From sequence record MT944117.1: a DNA stretch of 64,000 bases, one strand, 5' to 3'. Shown in pieces: positions 24,321-33,191 of this stretch. The notes beneath the pieces were generated by a model. The model was not told where the DNA came from and searched no databases. It saw only the letters and a list, made by a program, of their open reading frames with translations. How positions within the stretch are numbered: the first letter of the stretch is position 1; each line of letters begins with the position of its first letter. Both the position numbers and the translations under genes were made by a program. Origin of the DNA: Escherichia phage PNJ1809-36.

Positions 24321-24492
24321 AAAGGGTGATACCATCTTCGAAACCCGTAAAGGTGAAATCACAGAGATTCCAGAAGAAAGATCAACAATCCTTGTCGATG
24401 GTGTTTTGAAATATTGCTGTAGTGTCTATAAATCTTACGAGAAGGATCAGTATGGCGATCCAGAAATCTGGTTTGTAGGAGATGTGTATTAA
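24301..24492 (+). CDS. hypothetical protein (63 aa)
   Basis: ORF overlapping upstream gene end. Confidence 0.5.
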   Translation: MKIRLIEKGDTIFETRKGEITEIPEERSTILVDGVLKYCCSVYKSYEKDQYGDPEIWFVGDVY

Positions 24493-24501
24493 GGGGGTAA
24501 A

Positions 24502-24861
24502 ATGAGCGGAGAATTTCGTAAAGTAAAAGATATCTCCTTGTTTGAAGGAGATGTTGTTAGGATGAACGGAAGATTGTTAAAATTTCACCAGTTGATGCAT
24601 CCAAGCACAACACGTAACGTGATGGTCATCTTCCAGGATGCTTTTGCTGCCAGCGATTACACTCCATATTCAGCAGAAACTGAAGTATATTTTGAAGGAT
24701 ATGTTGATCGACCACTTGCAAAAGAGATGTGGGACAAGTATCATATAAACATTACAGATTCACGGGGTGTCTTCTGGAACTACCCTAGTGAAGGTAAAGT
24801 GGCTTTCGATTCTTGTGATCGTTTAGCCGAAGAGATTGCCGAATGGCGCGATACTCACTAA
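24502..24861 (+). CDS. hypothetical protein (119 aa)
   Basis: SD AAGGGGG. Confidence 0.65.
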   Translation: MSGEFRKVKDISLFEGDVVRMNGRLLKFHQLMHPSTTRNVMVIFQDAFAASDYTPYSAETEVYFEGYVDRPLAKEMWDKYHINITDSRGVFWNYPSEGKVAFDSCDRLAEEIAEWRDTH

Positions 24862-24876
24862 AACAGGAGAAAGATT

Positions 24877-25053
24877 ATGGCTACTTTTCAACAACTGAAA
24901 GATGTTTCACGTTTAGTAAGAAAAATCCGAGAAGCAGACGCTGCTGTGCGGAATGCATTAACGCCAGCAGAGCGTGAAGATCTTGAAGAGGAGGTGAAAA
25001 CAGCCGAGAATGCTTTTGCTGCGTATCTTTCAACACTGTACACAGGAGGTTAA
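24877..25053 (+). CDS. hypothetical protein (58 aa)
   Basis: SD ACAGGAGAAAG + ATG; stop abuts next ATG. Confidence 0.5.
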   Translation: MATFQQLKDVSRLVRKIREADAAVRNALTPAEREDLEEEVKTAENAFAAYLSTLYTGG

Positions 25054-25368
25054 ATGTCAGAAGAACTAAAAGAATTTTATCAGGCATATCATAACTGGCT
25101 GTTAGCTGGCGCTCCAGATAATAATCCTTTCTGGCACGATAAAGGATTATGTAGTTGCCTCTACCTTTGGACTGGTGGTTACGATGATCTAAATTATGAA
25201 ATGCAAATGCAATTTCGAGAAGCAGGGTTGTCTGAAGAATACCCGTTTGATGACGGAGACTGGTTTAAATATGATTTTGCACAAAGAAACGGGCTATTGC
25301 ATTTGAATGCTGCCCGTATAAAATGGGTAAAAGATCATGCTACACAGGAGGATGTGCAATGCCAATAG
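25054..25368 (+). CDS. paralog family member 2 (GLC...PF...WVKDR family)
   Basis: SD CAGGAGG; FYQAYHNWLLAGAP..KGLCSCL...YPFD...ARIKWVKDH. Confidence 0.7.
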   Translation: MSEELKEFYQAYHNWLLAGAPDNNPFWHDKGLCSCLYLWTGGYDDLNYEMQMQFREAGLSEEYPFDDGDWFKYDFAQRNGLLHLNAARIKWVKDHATQEDVQCQ

Positions 25369-25559
25369 TGTTTAGTTTCTTGGTAATTGTTATGGTTGTT
25401 CTTTTCGCGGCATGGCTTTGGGATTTTGACCCAGGAGCAGCGCAGCAAAGAGCTACAGACTGGAAAGAACAGTGTATTGTGCTCAAACATGAACGAAATG
25501 CGGAGAAATTTCTTGACCTGGAGTGTGATCGCCTTGTAAGATACAAGCAAGATAAATAA
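25359..25559 (+). CDS. small membrane protein (66 aa)
   Basis: ATG 25359 after CAGGAGG; N-terminal hydrophobic helix. Confidence 0.55.
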   Translation: MPIVFSFLVIVMVVLFAAWLWDFDPGAAQQRATDWKEQCIVLKHERNAEKFLDLECDRLVRYKQDK

Positions 25560-25573
25560 CCTTGAGGTGCAAA

Positions 25574-25762
25574 ATGGTAATTGAGATTAAACTTGAATAT
25601 GCTGGGGCTGTTGCCCTGATCGCACAAATGTTGGGAGCAAAGATTGAAGAAGTGTATATCAATGCCTGGAGTGTAGAGATTGATGTTCCTATGGATAACA
25701 TTGCTAATCGCTTGCTGGTGGCAGAGTGTGAACGCACCAACATAATCTACAAAGGAGCATAA
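25574..25762 (+). CDS. hypothetical protein (62 aa)
   Basis: ATG 25574 after GAGGTG. Confidence 0.5.
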   Translation: MVIEIKLEYAGAVALIAQMLGAKIEEVYINAWSVEIDVPMDNIANRLLVAECERTNIIYKGA

Positions 25763-25763
25763 T

Positions 25764-25985
25764 ATGAAAATCAGAGTTTGTGATGTATTGGGTTATGTTG
25801 GTTTTAAGAATGTTCAGATTCCTTTTGTTGTTGAAGCACATCTTGTTAGCGATGATATGACAACATTCTTTGTTACGATAGAAGAAATGTCCAAAGTTGA
25901 GGGATGGGAGTGGTTTGAAGAAGATGTTTGGGAAGGTTGTGATTACGTATTTTTCTCTGATGAAGTGAATGTTCTTTCGGAGTAG
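25764..25985 (+). CDS. hypothetical protein (73 aa)
   Basis: SD AAAGGAG. Confidence 0.6.
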   Translation: MKIRVCDVLGYVGFKNVQIPFVVEAHLVSDDMTTFFVTIEEMSKVEGWEWFEEDVWEGCDYVFFSDEVNVLSE

Positions 25986-25987
25986 GT

Positions 25988-26194
25988 ATGTCTTGTTTTA
26001 CAAAAGCAGTATCCATATGTAAGAAACAGTATGAAAGTGATTACGGGATATTTAATATTCCAGCGGATCATACGGAGTATTGTTCATGTGGTGGCAGAAT
26101 GAAGAAAACAGTGATTTATGCGGATAATGAAGATGAACTTGTTCCGGTTATGGTTTGCAAAGCTTGTCATTCTGTTAAAACATTAAAAGCGTAA
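25988..26194 (+). CDS. small zinc-ribbon-like protein (68 aa)
   Basis: CSCGG...CKAC cysteine pairs; SD GGAG. Confidence 0.55.
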   Translation: MSCFTKAVSICKKQYESDYGIFNIPADHTEYCSCGGRMKKTVIYADNEDELVPVMVCKACHSVKTLKA

Positions 26195-26289
26195 GGAGTC
26201 GGGACACCCGACGATTGGAGCTAAAAATTTTGCGTACAACCCTTTCCGCCCAACAGGGGCGCGTCGGGTAAATAAAGAGGAGAGTTTAT
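26195..26289 (+). ncRNA. GC-rich structured intergenic element with alternative helices
   Basis: GTCGGG-ACA-CCCGAC (26198-26212); CCCGACG (26207-26213) can instead pair CGTCGGG (26262-26268); CCGCCC/GGGCG hairpin ~26246-26261. Confidence 0.35.
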
Positions 26290-26688
26290 ATGAAAAAGAT
26301 CATCGTAGGTTTATTGTTACTCATTGCATCACTCGGAACAGCAAATGCGTCTCAAGTTTATGAGTGTGTGTCAGATGTGGTTGTTAAAAATCTGAAAGGT
26401 GAAGTGATTTCTGGTCCTAAGAAAATGGCTTCTGTTGTCATTAATAAAGATAACTCCTTTATCCTTAAAAATTCAGGTGGTGCTTTGATGAGTGGCATTC
26501 TGCAATACACAGGAGAAAAAAGTAAAGATGGTAGTGCTATGTATGGTTCACAACAGTTTATTGGCACTACTGAAGTTGTGATGATGCGCACAGAGTATCG
26601 AGACACTTTAGCTTGGTTTGCATTTCTAAAAAATGATAAAACAATAACGAATGTTCTTACTCTAGAAGCTGATTGTACGCAACGATAA
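26290..26688 (+). CDS. secreted protein with signal peptide (132 aa)
   Basis: MKKIIVGLLLLIASLGTANA signal-like N-terminus; SD AAGAGGAG. Confidence 0.7.
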   Translation: MKKIIVGLLLLIASLGTANASQVYECVSDVVVKNLKGEVISGPKKMASVVINKDNSFILKNSGGALMSGILQYTGEKSKDGSAMYGSQQFIGTTEVVMMRTEYRDTLAWFAFLKNDKTITNVLTLEADCTQR

Positions 26689-26697
26689 GGGGGATTT

Positions 26698-27153
26698 ATG
26701 ACTAAAATGAGACATTACGCTGTAAACTGCAACGATGCTTGGCGTTTGTGTCCTGATGATCCGACAGAAGGTACATTTGTAAGATATGAGGATTATAAAG
26801 AGTTATCGGATGCTGTAATCGCATTGTTAACTGATATCCGTTCACGTTATCCAGGACAAGATTTCACTTGCCCTCACATCAAACTTCTTGCTTGCCTGGT
26901 AGAAGGTGAGAAAGAAGTGGAAGATGGCTTCAAGCGTGTAGAGTATCAAGGTGAAACTTTAGATGTTCCTGAATTTGTTAATTATATTGCAACAGATTCA
27001 AGTGGCGAGCGTTATGGTTACACTCATAAACCGGAGATTCCAGATTTCGCTTATGCGTGGCGTATTCCTTATGAAGTTTTTAATGTTGCAGATTGCTGGT
27101 ATTTAGGAGAAGGAAACAACCTTAATTGGCGTGATTCCTTGGTTCAGGTTTAA
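26698..27153 (+). CDS. hypothetical protein (151 aa)
   Basis: SD AAGGGGG. Confidence 0.65.
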   Translation: MTKMRHYAVNCNDAWRLCPDDPTEGTFVRYEDYKELSDAVIALLTDIRSRYPGQDFTCPHIKLLACLVEGEKEVEDGFKRVEYQGETLDVPEFVNYIATDSSGERYGYTHKPEIPDFAYAWRIPYEVFNVADCWYLGEGNNLNWRDSLVQV

Positions 27154-27157
27154 CAAT

Positions 27158-27421
27158 ATGAAAGAGACATTGCCAGCAGCATACCGTTTGAATGATGAAC
27201 GTATTTGGGAGTGGACCGACGTTTCTTGTTTTTACCCTGAAATAGTTCAATATTGGCGAGCAAAAGGGTGTGTTGTAGTTATCAACCCATGTGGACCAGT
27301 GGATGAAGATTGCTTGTATCTCGATGGAAAGTGGCACAGTTATTGTCGCTGGCCTTTTGAGTGGATGTGTAAAGAAGATCTCCCAGAGGGTTGGGAGTAT
27401 CCAAAAGCAAATAGGAGATAA
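27158..27421 (+). CDS. hypothetical protein (87 aa)
   Basis: first ATG within listed ORF 27131. Confidence 0.5.
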   Translation: MKETLPAAYRLNDERIWEWTDVSCFYPEIVQYWRAKGCVVVINPCGPVDEDCLYLDGKWHSYCRWPFEWMCKEDLPEGWEYPKANRR

Positions 27422-27422
27422 T

Positions 27423-27785
27423 ATGTCTGAAGATTTTGTTGAAGTGTTTGTCAAAGACGAAGAAACTGGTTTAGGCACAGGTTTCATTTGTGAAGAAACC
27501 TTTAAACGTGAACAAGAAAAAGCTATTCTTATGCGAAACTATGATCACGCATTAGAACAATGGAAAAATGCAGAACAAAAATGCAAAAACCTTTATGCAG
27601 AAAATAGAAAACTACAAGATCAAATGGAGTTGTTAGCTATCAGTTTACGATCTCTCATTTTGGCTGTAGAAGATGGTTTTAAAAATCCAGATGGTTTTCC
27701 TGTGAGCGATATTGAACATGATTTGTATCTTGCTCGTGGTGCTTACTTCTATGTTAAACAGAAGTCTGTAGAAGGAGAGAAGTGA
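27423..27785 (+). CDS. hypothetical protein (120 aa), coiled-coil-like
   Basis: ATG 27423 after SD AATAGGAGA; listed 27291 start overlaps upstream gene. Confidence 0.6.
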   Translation: MSEDFVEVFVKDEETGLGTGFICEETFKREQEKAILMRNYDHALEQWKNAEQKCKNLYAENRKLQDQMELLAISLRSLILAVEDGFKNPDGFPVSDIEHDLYLARGAYFYVKQKSVEGEK

Positions 27786-27982
27786 TGGAAGAAAAACTGG
27801 AACGTATTATCGAGTTAGCCATGTCTATTGGCTACGACGATTGTTTTCTCCAAACTATTGGAGAAACAGAGAACGATTACGACTCTTGGGTGAAAGAGTT
27901 GGAAGAACTTAAAACTTCCTTGATTGCTGACTTTGCTGAAGCAGAGGATAAAGCAGATCGTTACAACTATCTGTGTCGATAA
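27782..27982 (+). CDS. hypothetical acidic protein (66 aa)
   Basis: SD GAAGGAGAG; ATGA overlap. Confidence 0.6.
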   Translation: MMEEKLERIIELAMSIGYDDCFLQTIGETENDYDSWVKELEELKTSLIADFAEAEDKADRYNYLCR

Positions 27983-27985
27983 GCC

Positions 27986-28013
27986 TTGACATTTATTTTA
28001 TGTATGGTATACA
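27986..28013 (+). promoter_or_regulatory. sigma70-type promoter
   Basis: TTGACA 27986-27991, 16-nt spacer, TGgTATACA 28005-28013. Confidence 0.6.
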
Positions 28014-28044
28014 TACATTATCAACGTGAGCAAGGTGGTGTAAT

Positions 28045-28317
28045 ATGAATAAAGATCGGTTTCTTTCTTTAGTCGCGGAAGCTCCTTTTGATGTTCTTGG
28101 GGTGAGATTATGGAAAGACAGAAACTATGGGTTAGATGTTCAAACATACTCTCTTTGGTTGGTTGGGGAGCACAGTTTAGATGAAAGCTTGTGCATGGGT
28201 AGGGATTCTCGTTCCCTCTGTTTAAAGTTCAGAAGCTTAGAACGCGCAAACAAAGAGCAAGAAAAACTAACGAGGTGGCTAAATGAAAACAAGCGCAAGG
28301 TTGATGGAGTTTTATAA
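28045..28317 (+). CDS. hypothetical protein (90 aa)
   Basis: SD AAGGTGG. Confidence 0.6.
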   Translation: MNKDRFLSLVAEAPFDVLGVRLWKDRNYGLDVQTYSLWLVGEHSLDESLCMGRDSRSLCLKFRSLERANKEQEKLTRWLNENKRKVDGVL

Positions 28318-28609
28318 AATTTATTTAGCATGGATTGATGTTGGTGCTCCTGATGGTAAACCTTTTCGGCGGGATTGCGGTTTGTGTGCCAACTTATTCG
28401 ACTATGTGCACGCGGATGGCTACAATCCCCTTATAACAACCTTGTCAGATGAAATGCACGCACAGTTTTACCACAAAGGGTTGAGTCAAGAATTACCCTT
28501 CAATGAGAACTACGATGCATATGTCTTAGAATCAGATGCAGAGGTATGTCACCTGAATGTGGACAGGATTAATTGGGTAAGAGATCGTATTGCAGAGGAG
28601 GATGAATAA
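28283..28609 (+). CDS. paralog family member 3 (GLC...PF...WVKDR family)
   Basis: FYKIYLAWIDVGAP..CGLCANL...LPFN...DRINWVRDR; start 28283 or 28304. Confidence 0.65.
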   Translation: MKTSARLMEFYKIYLAWIDVGAPDGKPFRRDCGLCANLFDYVHADGYNPLITTLSDEMHAQFYHKGLSQELPFNENYDAYVLESDAEVCHLNVDRINWVRDRIAEEDE

Positions 28610-28836
28610 TGTCGGATTATAACTGGTATGAACTTGAGGCTGTTTGTCAGTTTTATGACTCAATAGTTCTGCGTGATCCAATCTGTCAAGAATTGAGTCG
28701 CCGTGCAAGTGCATTGGCAATCCGTGTTAAAATAAACGGTTGGAACGCAGATTTGGAAAAAGAGTTGGAATTTCTCTTAGAAAACACGCGGGTCTTCCGC
28801 AAAGTGTTCCCTGAATGGTTTGAGATGGAAGAATGA
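28609..28836 (+). CDS. hypothetical protein (75 aa)
   Basis: SD GAGGAGG; ATGA overlap. Confidence 0.6.
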   Translation: MSDYNWYELEAVCQFYDSIVLRDPICQELSRRASALAIRVKINGWNADLEKELEFLLENTRVFRKVFPEWFEMEE

Positions 28837-29051
28837 TCATGTGGATTGTGCGTCTTAAGTATGATGGCAAGTTTCCGTGGGAGAAAGATGTTTGTGCTTG
28901 TGATTCGGCAGCACATGCCAAAGCAGCGGGTCAGGCAGTAGTTGACATGTATAACAACACTTCCGTTGATCCAGAAATGGCAGGTGTTACAATGAGCATG
29001 TTCACTTACTATTCTTTTGAGGTTTACTATCATGAAGGAGAGTGGAAATGA
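28833..29051 (+). CDS. hypothetical protein (72 aa)
   Basis: ORF; ATGA overlap both ends. Confidence 0.55.
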   Translation: MIMWIVRLKYDGKFPWEKDVCACDSAAHAKAAGQAVVDMYNNTSVDPEMAGVTMSMFTYYSFEVYYHEGEWK

Positions 29052-29368
29052 GCGAAGAACTATTAACATTTTACCGCACGTATTTGGCATGGTTGGAAGC
29101 TGGTGCTCCTGAAGGCGAACCGTTCACCCGTTGCACAGGTTTGTGCTCGAACCTCTATCATTTTTACGATATGGGTGAAAGCGAACGATACGAACCCGTA
29201 CTGGATGAAATGCATGAGCAGTTCTACCGCAAAGGTTTGGTTATGGTGTTGCCTTTCAACAGTAATTTTGGAAAGTACACCTTAGAAGCGGAAAAAAGCC
29301 GCTGTCACTTGAATGTGGATCGTGTGAACTGGGTAAAAGAACGTGTAGCAGAAGAAATAATTGGTTGA
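29048..29368 (+). CDS. paralog family member 4 (GLC...PF...WVKDR family)
   Basis: ATG 29048 after AAGGAGAG; FYRTYLAWLEAGAP..TGLCSNL...LPFN...DRVNWVKER. Confidence 0.7.
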   Translation: MSEELLTFYRTYLAWLEAGAPEGEPFTRCTGLCSNLYHFYDMGESERYEPVLDEMHEQFYRKGLVMVLPFNSNFGKYTLEAEKSRCHLNVDRVNWVKERVAEEIIG

Positions 29369-29422
29369 CAGAGGGATCTGTCTTTGTCATAATCATCTCA
29401 TCGAAACAGAGAGGAGAGAATC

Positions 29423-29836
29423 ATGAAAAAGTTTATTTGCACCCGTTCCACTAACAGTGATATCCTTGTAGGTAAGGTTATCAAAGGAGAACTCTTCCAT
29501 GCAAACGGTAAGAAATATATTCTGCTGAAAGATTCTTTCAACGGGGAATATCCGCGCTGCACTTTCTTCAATTACAACACTCCATTTGCTTTAGAAGGAG
29601 ATGCTTGGGACTGGGCTGAACTCAATCCTTGTTGTGAGGAAGAAGAATCTATGTTCTTAGGTTTAAACGTTTACCGTGTAGATTACACCATGTGCGGAGC
29701 GGAACATTCTGTTCGCGTAGAAGCCGAATCCAAGCTACAAGCACCTTTCAAGGCGGGATTGCCTTTGGGTCATTGTTTGGCAAACATTGAAGATGTTGTG
29801 ATCCAAAGAGTTGTTTTAGAGAAAGGGGCTATTTGA
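29423..29836 (+). CDS. hypothetical protein (137 aa)
   Basis: SD AGAGGAGAG. Confidence 0.65.
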   Translation: MKKFICTRSTNSDILVGKVIKGELFHANGKKYILLKDSFNGEYPRCTFFNYNTPFALEGDAWDWAELNPCCEEEESMFLGLNVYRVDYTMCGAEHSVRVEAESKLQAPFKAGLPLGHCLANIEDVVIQRVVLEKGAI

Positions 29837-29889
29837 CAGAAAACGGTACAATATTTAAAATATAAAGATTAACCACAAAAGGAGAGAAA

Positions 29890-30189
29890 ATGCAAGTTGA
29901 AGACCTGATCCAGATTCTGAATAGAGCCAAAGAGAAGGGTGCTATCAAAGACTGGAAACGTGAAACGAGTGAAGACCTATCTCACTGTTGCCGAGAATTT
30001 TACATCGAAGGTATTGCTGACGATCATTATACTATCGAATGGTATATCAACTTAATGACCCTTAAGCACGGTTCATTTGAGATTTGGTTTGATGACATTG
30101 ATGTAAATGGTTTTCATCCTGGCTATAAAATCGCTATGCAGTTATCTTATCGTAGAGAAGTTGTAGCACATTTGGGTTTACATAACTAA
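29890..30189 (+). CDS. hypothetical protein (99 aa)
   Basis: SD AAAAGGAGAG. Confidence 0.65.
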   Translation: MQVEDLIQILNRAKEKGAIKDWKRETSEDLSHCCREFYIEGIADDHYTIEWYINLMTLKHGSFEIWFDDIDVNGFHPGYKIAMQLSYRREVVAHLGLHN

Positions 30190-30199
30190 GGAGAAAAGA

Positions 30200-30523
30200 A
30201 TGCAAGCAGTTGTTAACGAAGCTATTATGAACTTATCCTTCTTGTTAGCTGGTTTAGGAGGTGTTCTCATAGGTTTGGGTCTTATCTGGTGTATTCGTCG
30301 ATTAATCGGGTACCGACAAAAAGGTGTTTCATGTTTTGTATCTTACAATTTTACAACTGCTTACAGCAATGAAGTTGGATCTGGTAATGCTCAAGCATTT
30401 TTACCAACATATCCTCCTACGGTGGAAGATATTCGAAACTTGGAAGTACAACTTATGGGACTAGGTGATAACTATACATCTCTAGTTATTCAAAATATTT
30501 TTCGACTAAAACAGGGGGCGTGA
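30200..30523 (+). CDS. membrane protein (107 aa)
   Basis: SD AAGGAG; N-terminal hydrophobic helix LAGLGGVLIGLGLIWCI. Confidence 0.6.
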   Translation: MQAVVNEAIMNLSFLLAGLGGVLIGLGLIWCIRRLIGYRQKGVSCFVSYNFTTAYSNEVGSGNAQAFLPTYPPTVEDIRNLEVQLMGLGDNYTSLVIQNIFRLKQGA

Positions 30524-30736
30524 ATGAAGGTACATTACCCTCATCCCTTTGATCCTAAAAACAAAGCCGTAATTCTTCGTCAGTGGCAACGGGTTTGTCG
30601 TACTAAATGTCCAATCAATAGCCCACACAATGTAGACAAGGACTATCTTGGTACATTTGTTGAATACACTTACATAGACAAAAACAAGCGTAAACAACAT
30701 GTCGAGGAATACTGCTTAAGAGTAGAATGGCTGTAA
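30524..30736 (+). CDS. hypothetical protein (70 aa)
   Basis: SD AGGGGG; ATGA overlap. Confidence 0.55.
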   Translation: MKVHYPHPFDPKNKAVILRQWQRVCRTKCPINSPHNVDKDYLGTFVEYTYIDKNKRKQHVEEYCLRVEWL

Positions 30737-30748
30737 ATAATAAATACC

Positions 30749-30777
30749 TTGACAAGTGTTTATTCGTTTTGTAAAGT
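30749..30777 (+). promoter_or_regulatory. sigma70-type promoter upstream of recombinase gene
   Basis: TTGACA 30749-30754, 17-nt spacer, TAAAGT 30772-30777. Confidence 0.55.
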
Positions 30778-30806
30778 GGGAATACAGCAATGGTTTAGGA
30801 GTGGTT

Positions 30807-31478
30807 ATGAAAAAGTTTGTTGTTTACAGTCGTCTTTCTAAACAGAAAAAAGGTGAGGCACAATATGGTATGGAGAGCCAAGAGAATGATATCCGTTACT
30901 TCTTAGACTCTGTGCCTGATGCGGAAGTTATTGGTCAATTTTCTGAATACTATTCGGGTAAGGGCGATTGGAAGCAACGTAAGGAACTGGTTAAAGCGGT
31001 TGAAATGTGTAAAGCTACCGGAGCAACTTTATTGGTAGCTAAAGTTGACCGCTTGGGTCGTAACAACGCCTCTGTAGCAACTCTTCTAGAGATGATCGAT
31101 GTTAAGATAGCCATCATGCCAGACGCAGATAAAATGGTTATACAGCTTCTGTCTGTTCTGGCTGAACAAGAAGTTAGAGGTATTGCTGATCGTATTAAAA
31201 AGGGTCTTGCTGTAGCAAAAAGCAAAGGTGTTTTATTAGGCAGTGCTAATCCTAAAACTGCCGCTGCACGTAGAAAAGGGAAAATGGAATACAACTCTGT
31301 TAAAGCAGACGCTTTTGCAGAGACATTCCGTGAACGCTTGGAGATCCTTAGAGATTTAAATACACCTTACAAAACTATTGCTGAAAAATTCAATAGTAAG
31401 AAAATAGCAACAGCACGTGGTGGTAAATGGGATGCTAAAACTGTTTCTCGTTTGTGTGCCAGACTGAACATTAAATAG
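30807..31478 (+). CDS. serine recombinase (resolvase/invertase family)
   Basis: VVYSRLSKQ (catalytic Ser region), LLVAKVDRLGRN, QLLSVLAEQEVRGIADRIKKGL match resolvase catalytic domain; C-terminal HTH-like tail; ATG 30807 after GGAGTGG. Confidence 0.8.
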   Translation: MKKFVVYSRLSKQKKGEAQYGMESQENDIRYFLDSVPDAEVIGQFSEYYSGKGDWKQRKELVKAVEMCKATGATLLVAKVDRLGRNNASVATLLEMIDVKIAIMPDADKMVIQLLSVLAEQEVRGIADRIKKGLAVAKSKGVLLGSANPKTAAARRKGKMEYNSVKADAFAETFRERLEILRDLNTPYKTIAEKFNSKKIATARGGKWDAKTVSRLCARLNIK

Positions 31479-31486
31479 GAGAGGAT

Positions 31487-31909
31487 ATGAAACAAGAAAA
31501 TGAATCTGTAGATCACTTAATCATGCTGTCAGCCCTTTTTGCCGGATGGGACGTATTTTTTGAAAATTTGTTCAATTCTTCTACAGATGGTTCCGATTTT
31601 ATGCGCCAGTTTAAACGACGAACTGTTGAGGACTATGCTTTCTATTCAGGTCGGATTGAAAAAGGTTACGAAGATACAAATACAACACTCACCATTAAAG
31701 TTTTAGATGTGATGTTTAGTGTTATAGATGCTATCGACGAAAGTCTTCCGATCCTAGACAATTGTAATACGAAAGCCTATGTTTACAAAATAGCTCGTGC
31801 TTATGTGTCTGCAAACAGTTGTCTTCTTTCCACCCAGATTGCCGTGAACAATCTTGCCAACTTGTTTGATGAAGGAGAAACTTTTTATGACAATCGATTT
31901 GAAGTGTAA
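31487..31909 (+). CDS. hypothetical protein (140 aa)
   Basis: SD AATAGGAGAGG. Confidence 0.65.
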   Translation: MKQENESVDHLIMLSALFAGWDVFFENLFNSSTDGSDFMRQFKRRTVEDYAFYSGRIEKGYEDTNTTLTIKVLDVMFSVIDAIDESLPILDNCNTKAYVYKIARAYVSANSCLLSTQIAVNNLANLFDEGETFYDNRFEV

Positions 31910-32252
31910 GAGGATTCTTTTAGATTTCTATAATAATTGGTTAGAACACCTCCGTCTCTTTCCAAGAGAAAGTGGTTACGCTGATGTTGGCTTATGCCGA
32001 GGTCTGCGTATGTATATAAGTGATGAATTTCGGGCAGAGCATTCTTTAGCATATTCTGTTTATGGTATGCAATTAGCCAGTTTTGAAAACGCTGGCTTAG
32101 ATACAACTTTCCCATTTAACACAGCAAAATCTTTTGATCAAGAGTGTAAGGAAAAACGTTGCATGTTTAATGAAAAACGTGTACAGTGGGTTAAGGATCG
32201 AGTTAAACAACTGGAACAAGAGTTGGATTTCTTCTATGATGAGGCAGAATAA
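31887..32252 (+). CDS. paralog family member 5 (GLC...PF...WVKDR family)
   Basis: ATG 31887 after GAAGGAGAAA; FYNNWLEHL..VGLCRGL...FPFN...KRVQWVKDR. Confidence 0.6.
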   Translation: MTIDLKCKRILLDFYNNWLEHLRLFPRESGYADVGLCRGLRMYISDEFRAEHSLAYSVYGMQLASFENAGLDTTFPFNTAKSFDQECKEKRCMFNEKRVQWVKDRVKQLEQELDFFYDEAE

Positions 32253-32524
32253 TGGATAGACAAACCTTAAAAACAATGGCAGATGCCACTAATTCCCCGT
32301 ACTTTGAAAAAGTAAGTAAATTGGTAGCTCAAGCCGCAGAGGAAGGATATTATAACATAAACATCCATAACCCAAGTCTTATACTAGAAATGCCAAGTGA
32401 TAAGAAGATACAAGAGAGTATCTGTGAAGGTATTGTTAGTTACTGGCGCGAGCGTGGGTGTGGTGCAAACATGGCTTTAGACAGTGCAAACATTGTAAGA
32501 TATATAAATATTTCTTGGGGGTGA
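32252..32524 (+). CDS. hypothetical protein (90 aa)
   Basis: SD GAGGCAG. Confidence 0.6.
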   Translation: MDRQTLKTMADATNSPYFEKVSKLVAQAAEEGYYNINIHNPSLILEMPSDKKIQESICEGIVSYWRERGCGANMALDSANIVRYINISWG

Positions 32525-32528
32525 TTTT

Positions 32529-33140
32529 ATGATTCAATGCACTCATATCCAAATTACTTGGAGAGATGAACTTTACCATTTGGGACAATTTACTGTAGGG
32601 GAAACATACCCTGTCATTAAACATAATCCTAACATCGCAAACTTTGATAGGATGGTTCTTGTTGAGGACGATCTGGGTCAAACTTATTCTTTAGATCTAA
32701 AATATCCGTTTTCTTACGGCTACGATTGGATCGTTACTTTTGAAGACGTGGAGGAAAATAAAACAATGAACGAAAAAAATTCTTGGTATTATCGTTGTGA
32801 ACTGCCGCCAGTAGGTGAAAAGGTTATCTTTGTTCCTGATTTGGAAAGATATTCTTGGGACAGTTCTTATTCTATTCCTAAAGAAGGCACCGAAGTTGAA
32901 GTTATTGCACATCGCACAACTTCGCATGGTAACGATGTAGCAGTTGTTTTCTGGGATGATGAAGGCGCTGCTTGTGCAGGTGGCTTTGTTGCAGGTAATT
33001 TTGAACCCCTGCCAGATCCTTTGAAGGAGGCAATTTTAGGCGTAGCTTCTTTTGGACTCTCTTACACATCTGCACAAGAGATCGTAGAAGGTATTTTAAA
33101 CGGTACCGTTCCAAACGAAATTTTTAAACAGATTAAATAA
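32529..33140 (+). CDS. hypothetical protein (203 aa)
   Basis: SD GGGGGTG. Confidence 0.65.
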   Translation: MIQCTHIQITWRDELYHLGQFTVGETYPVIKHNPNIANFDRMVLVEDDLGQTYSLDLKYPFSYGYDWIVTFEDVEENKTMNEKNSWYYRCELPPVGEKVIFVPDLERYSWDSSYSIPKEGTEVEVIAHRTTSHGNDVAVVFWDDEGAACAGGFVAGNFEPLPDPLKEAILGVASFGLSYTSAQEIVEGILNGTVPNEIFKQIK

Positions 33141-33147
33141 TAGTTGC

Positions 33148-33175
33148 ACCCCGTTCTGCGGGGTGTTATTGTATA
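33148..33175 (+). terminator. putative rho-independent terminator
   Basis: CACCCCG-TTCTG-CGGGGTG followed by TTATTGTAT. Confidence 0.55.
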
Positions 33176-33191
33176 TGTAAAGGAGGCGCTA

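Noticed and set aside
30737-31500. gix/hix-type inversion sites flanking the serine recombinase gene
   Set aside because: No paired ~26-bp inverted sites seen within several hundred bp on either side; cannot exclude distant sites without a search.
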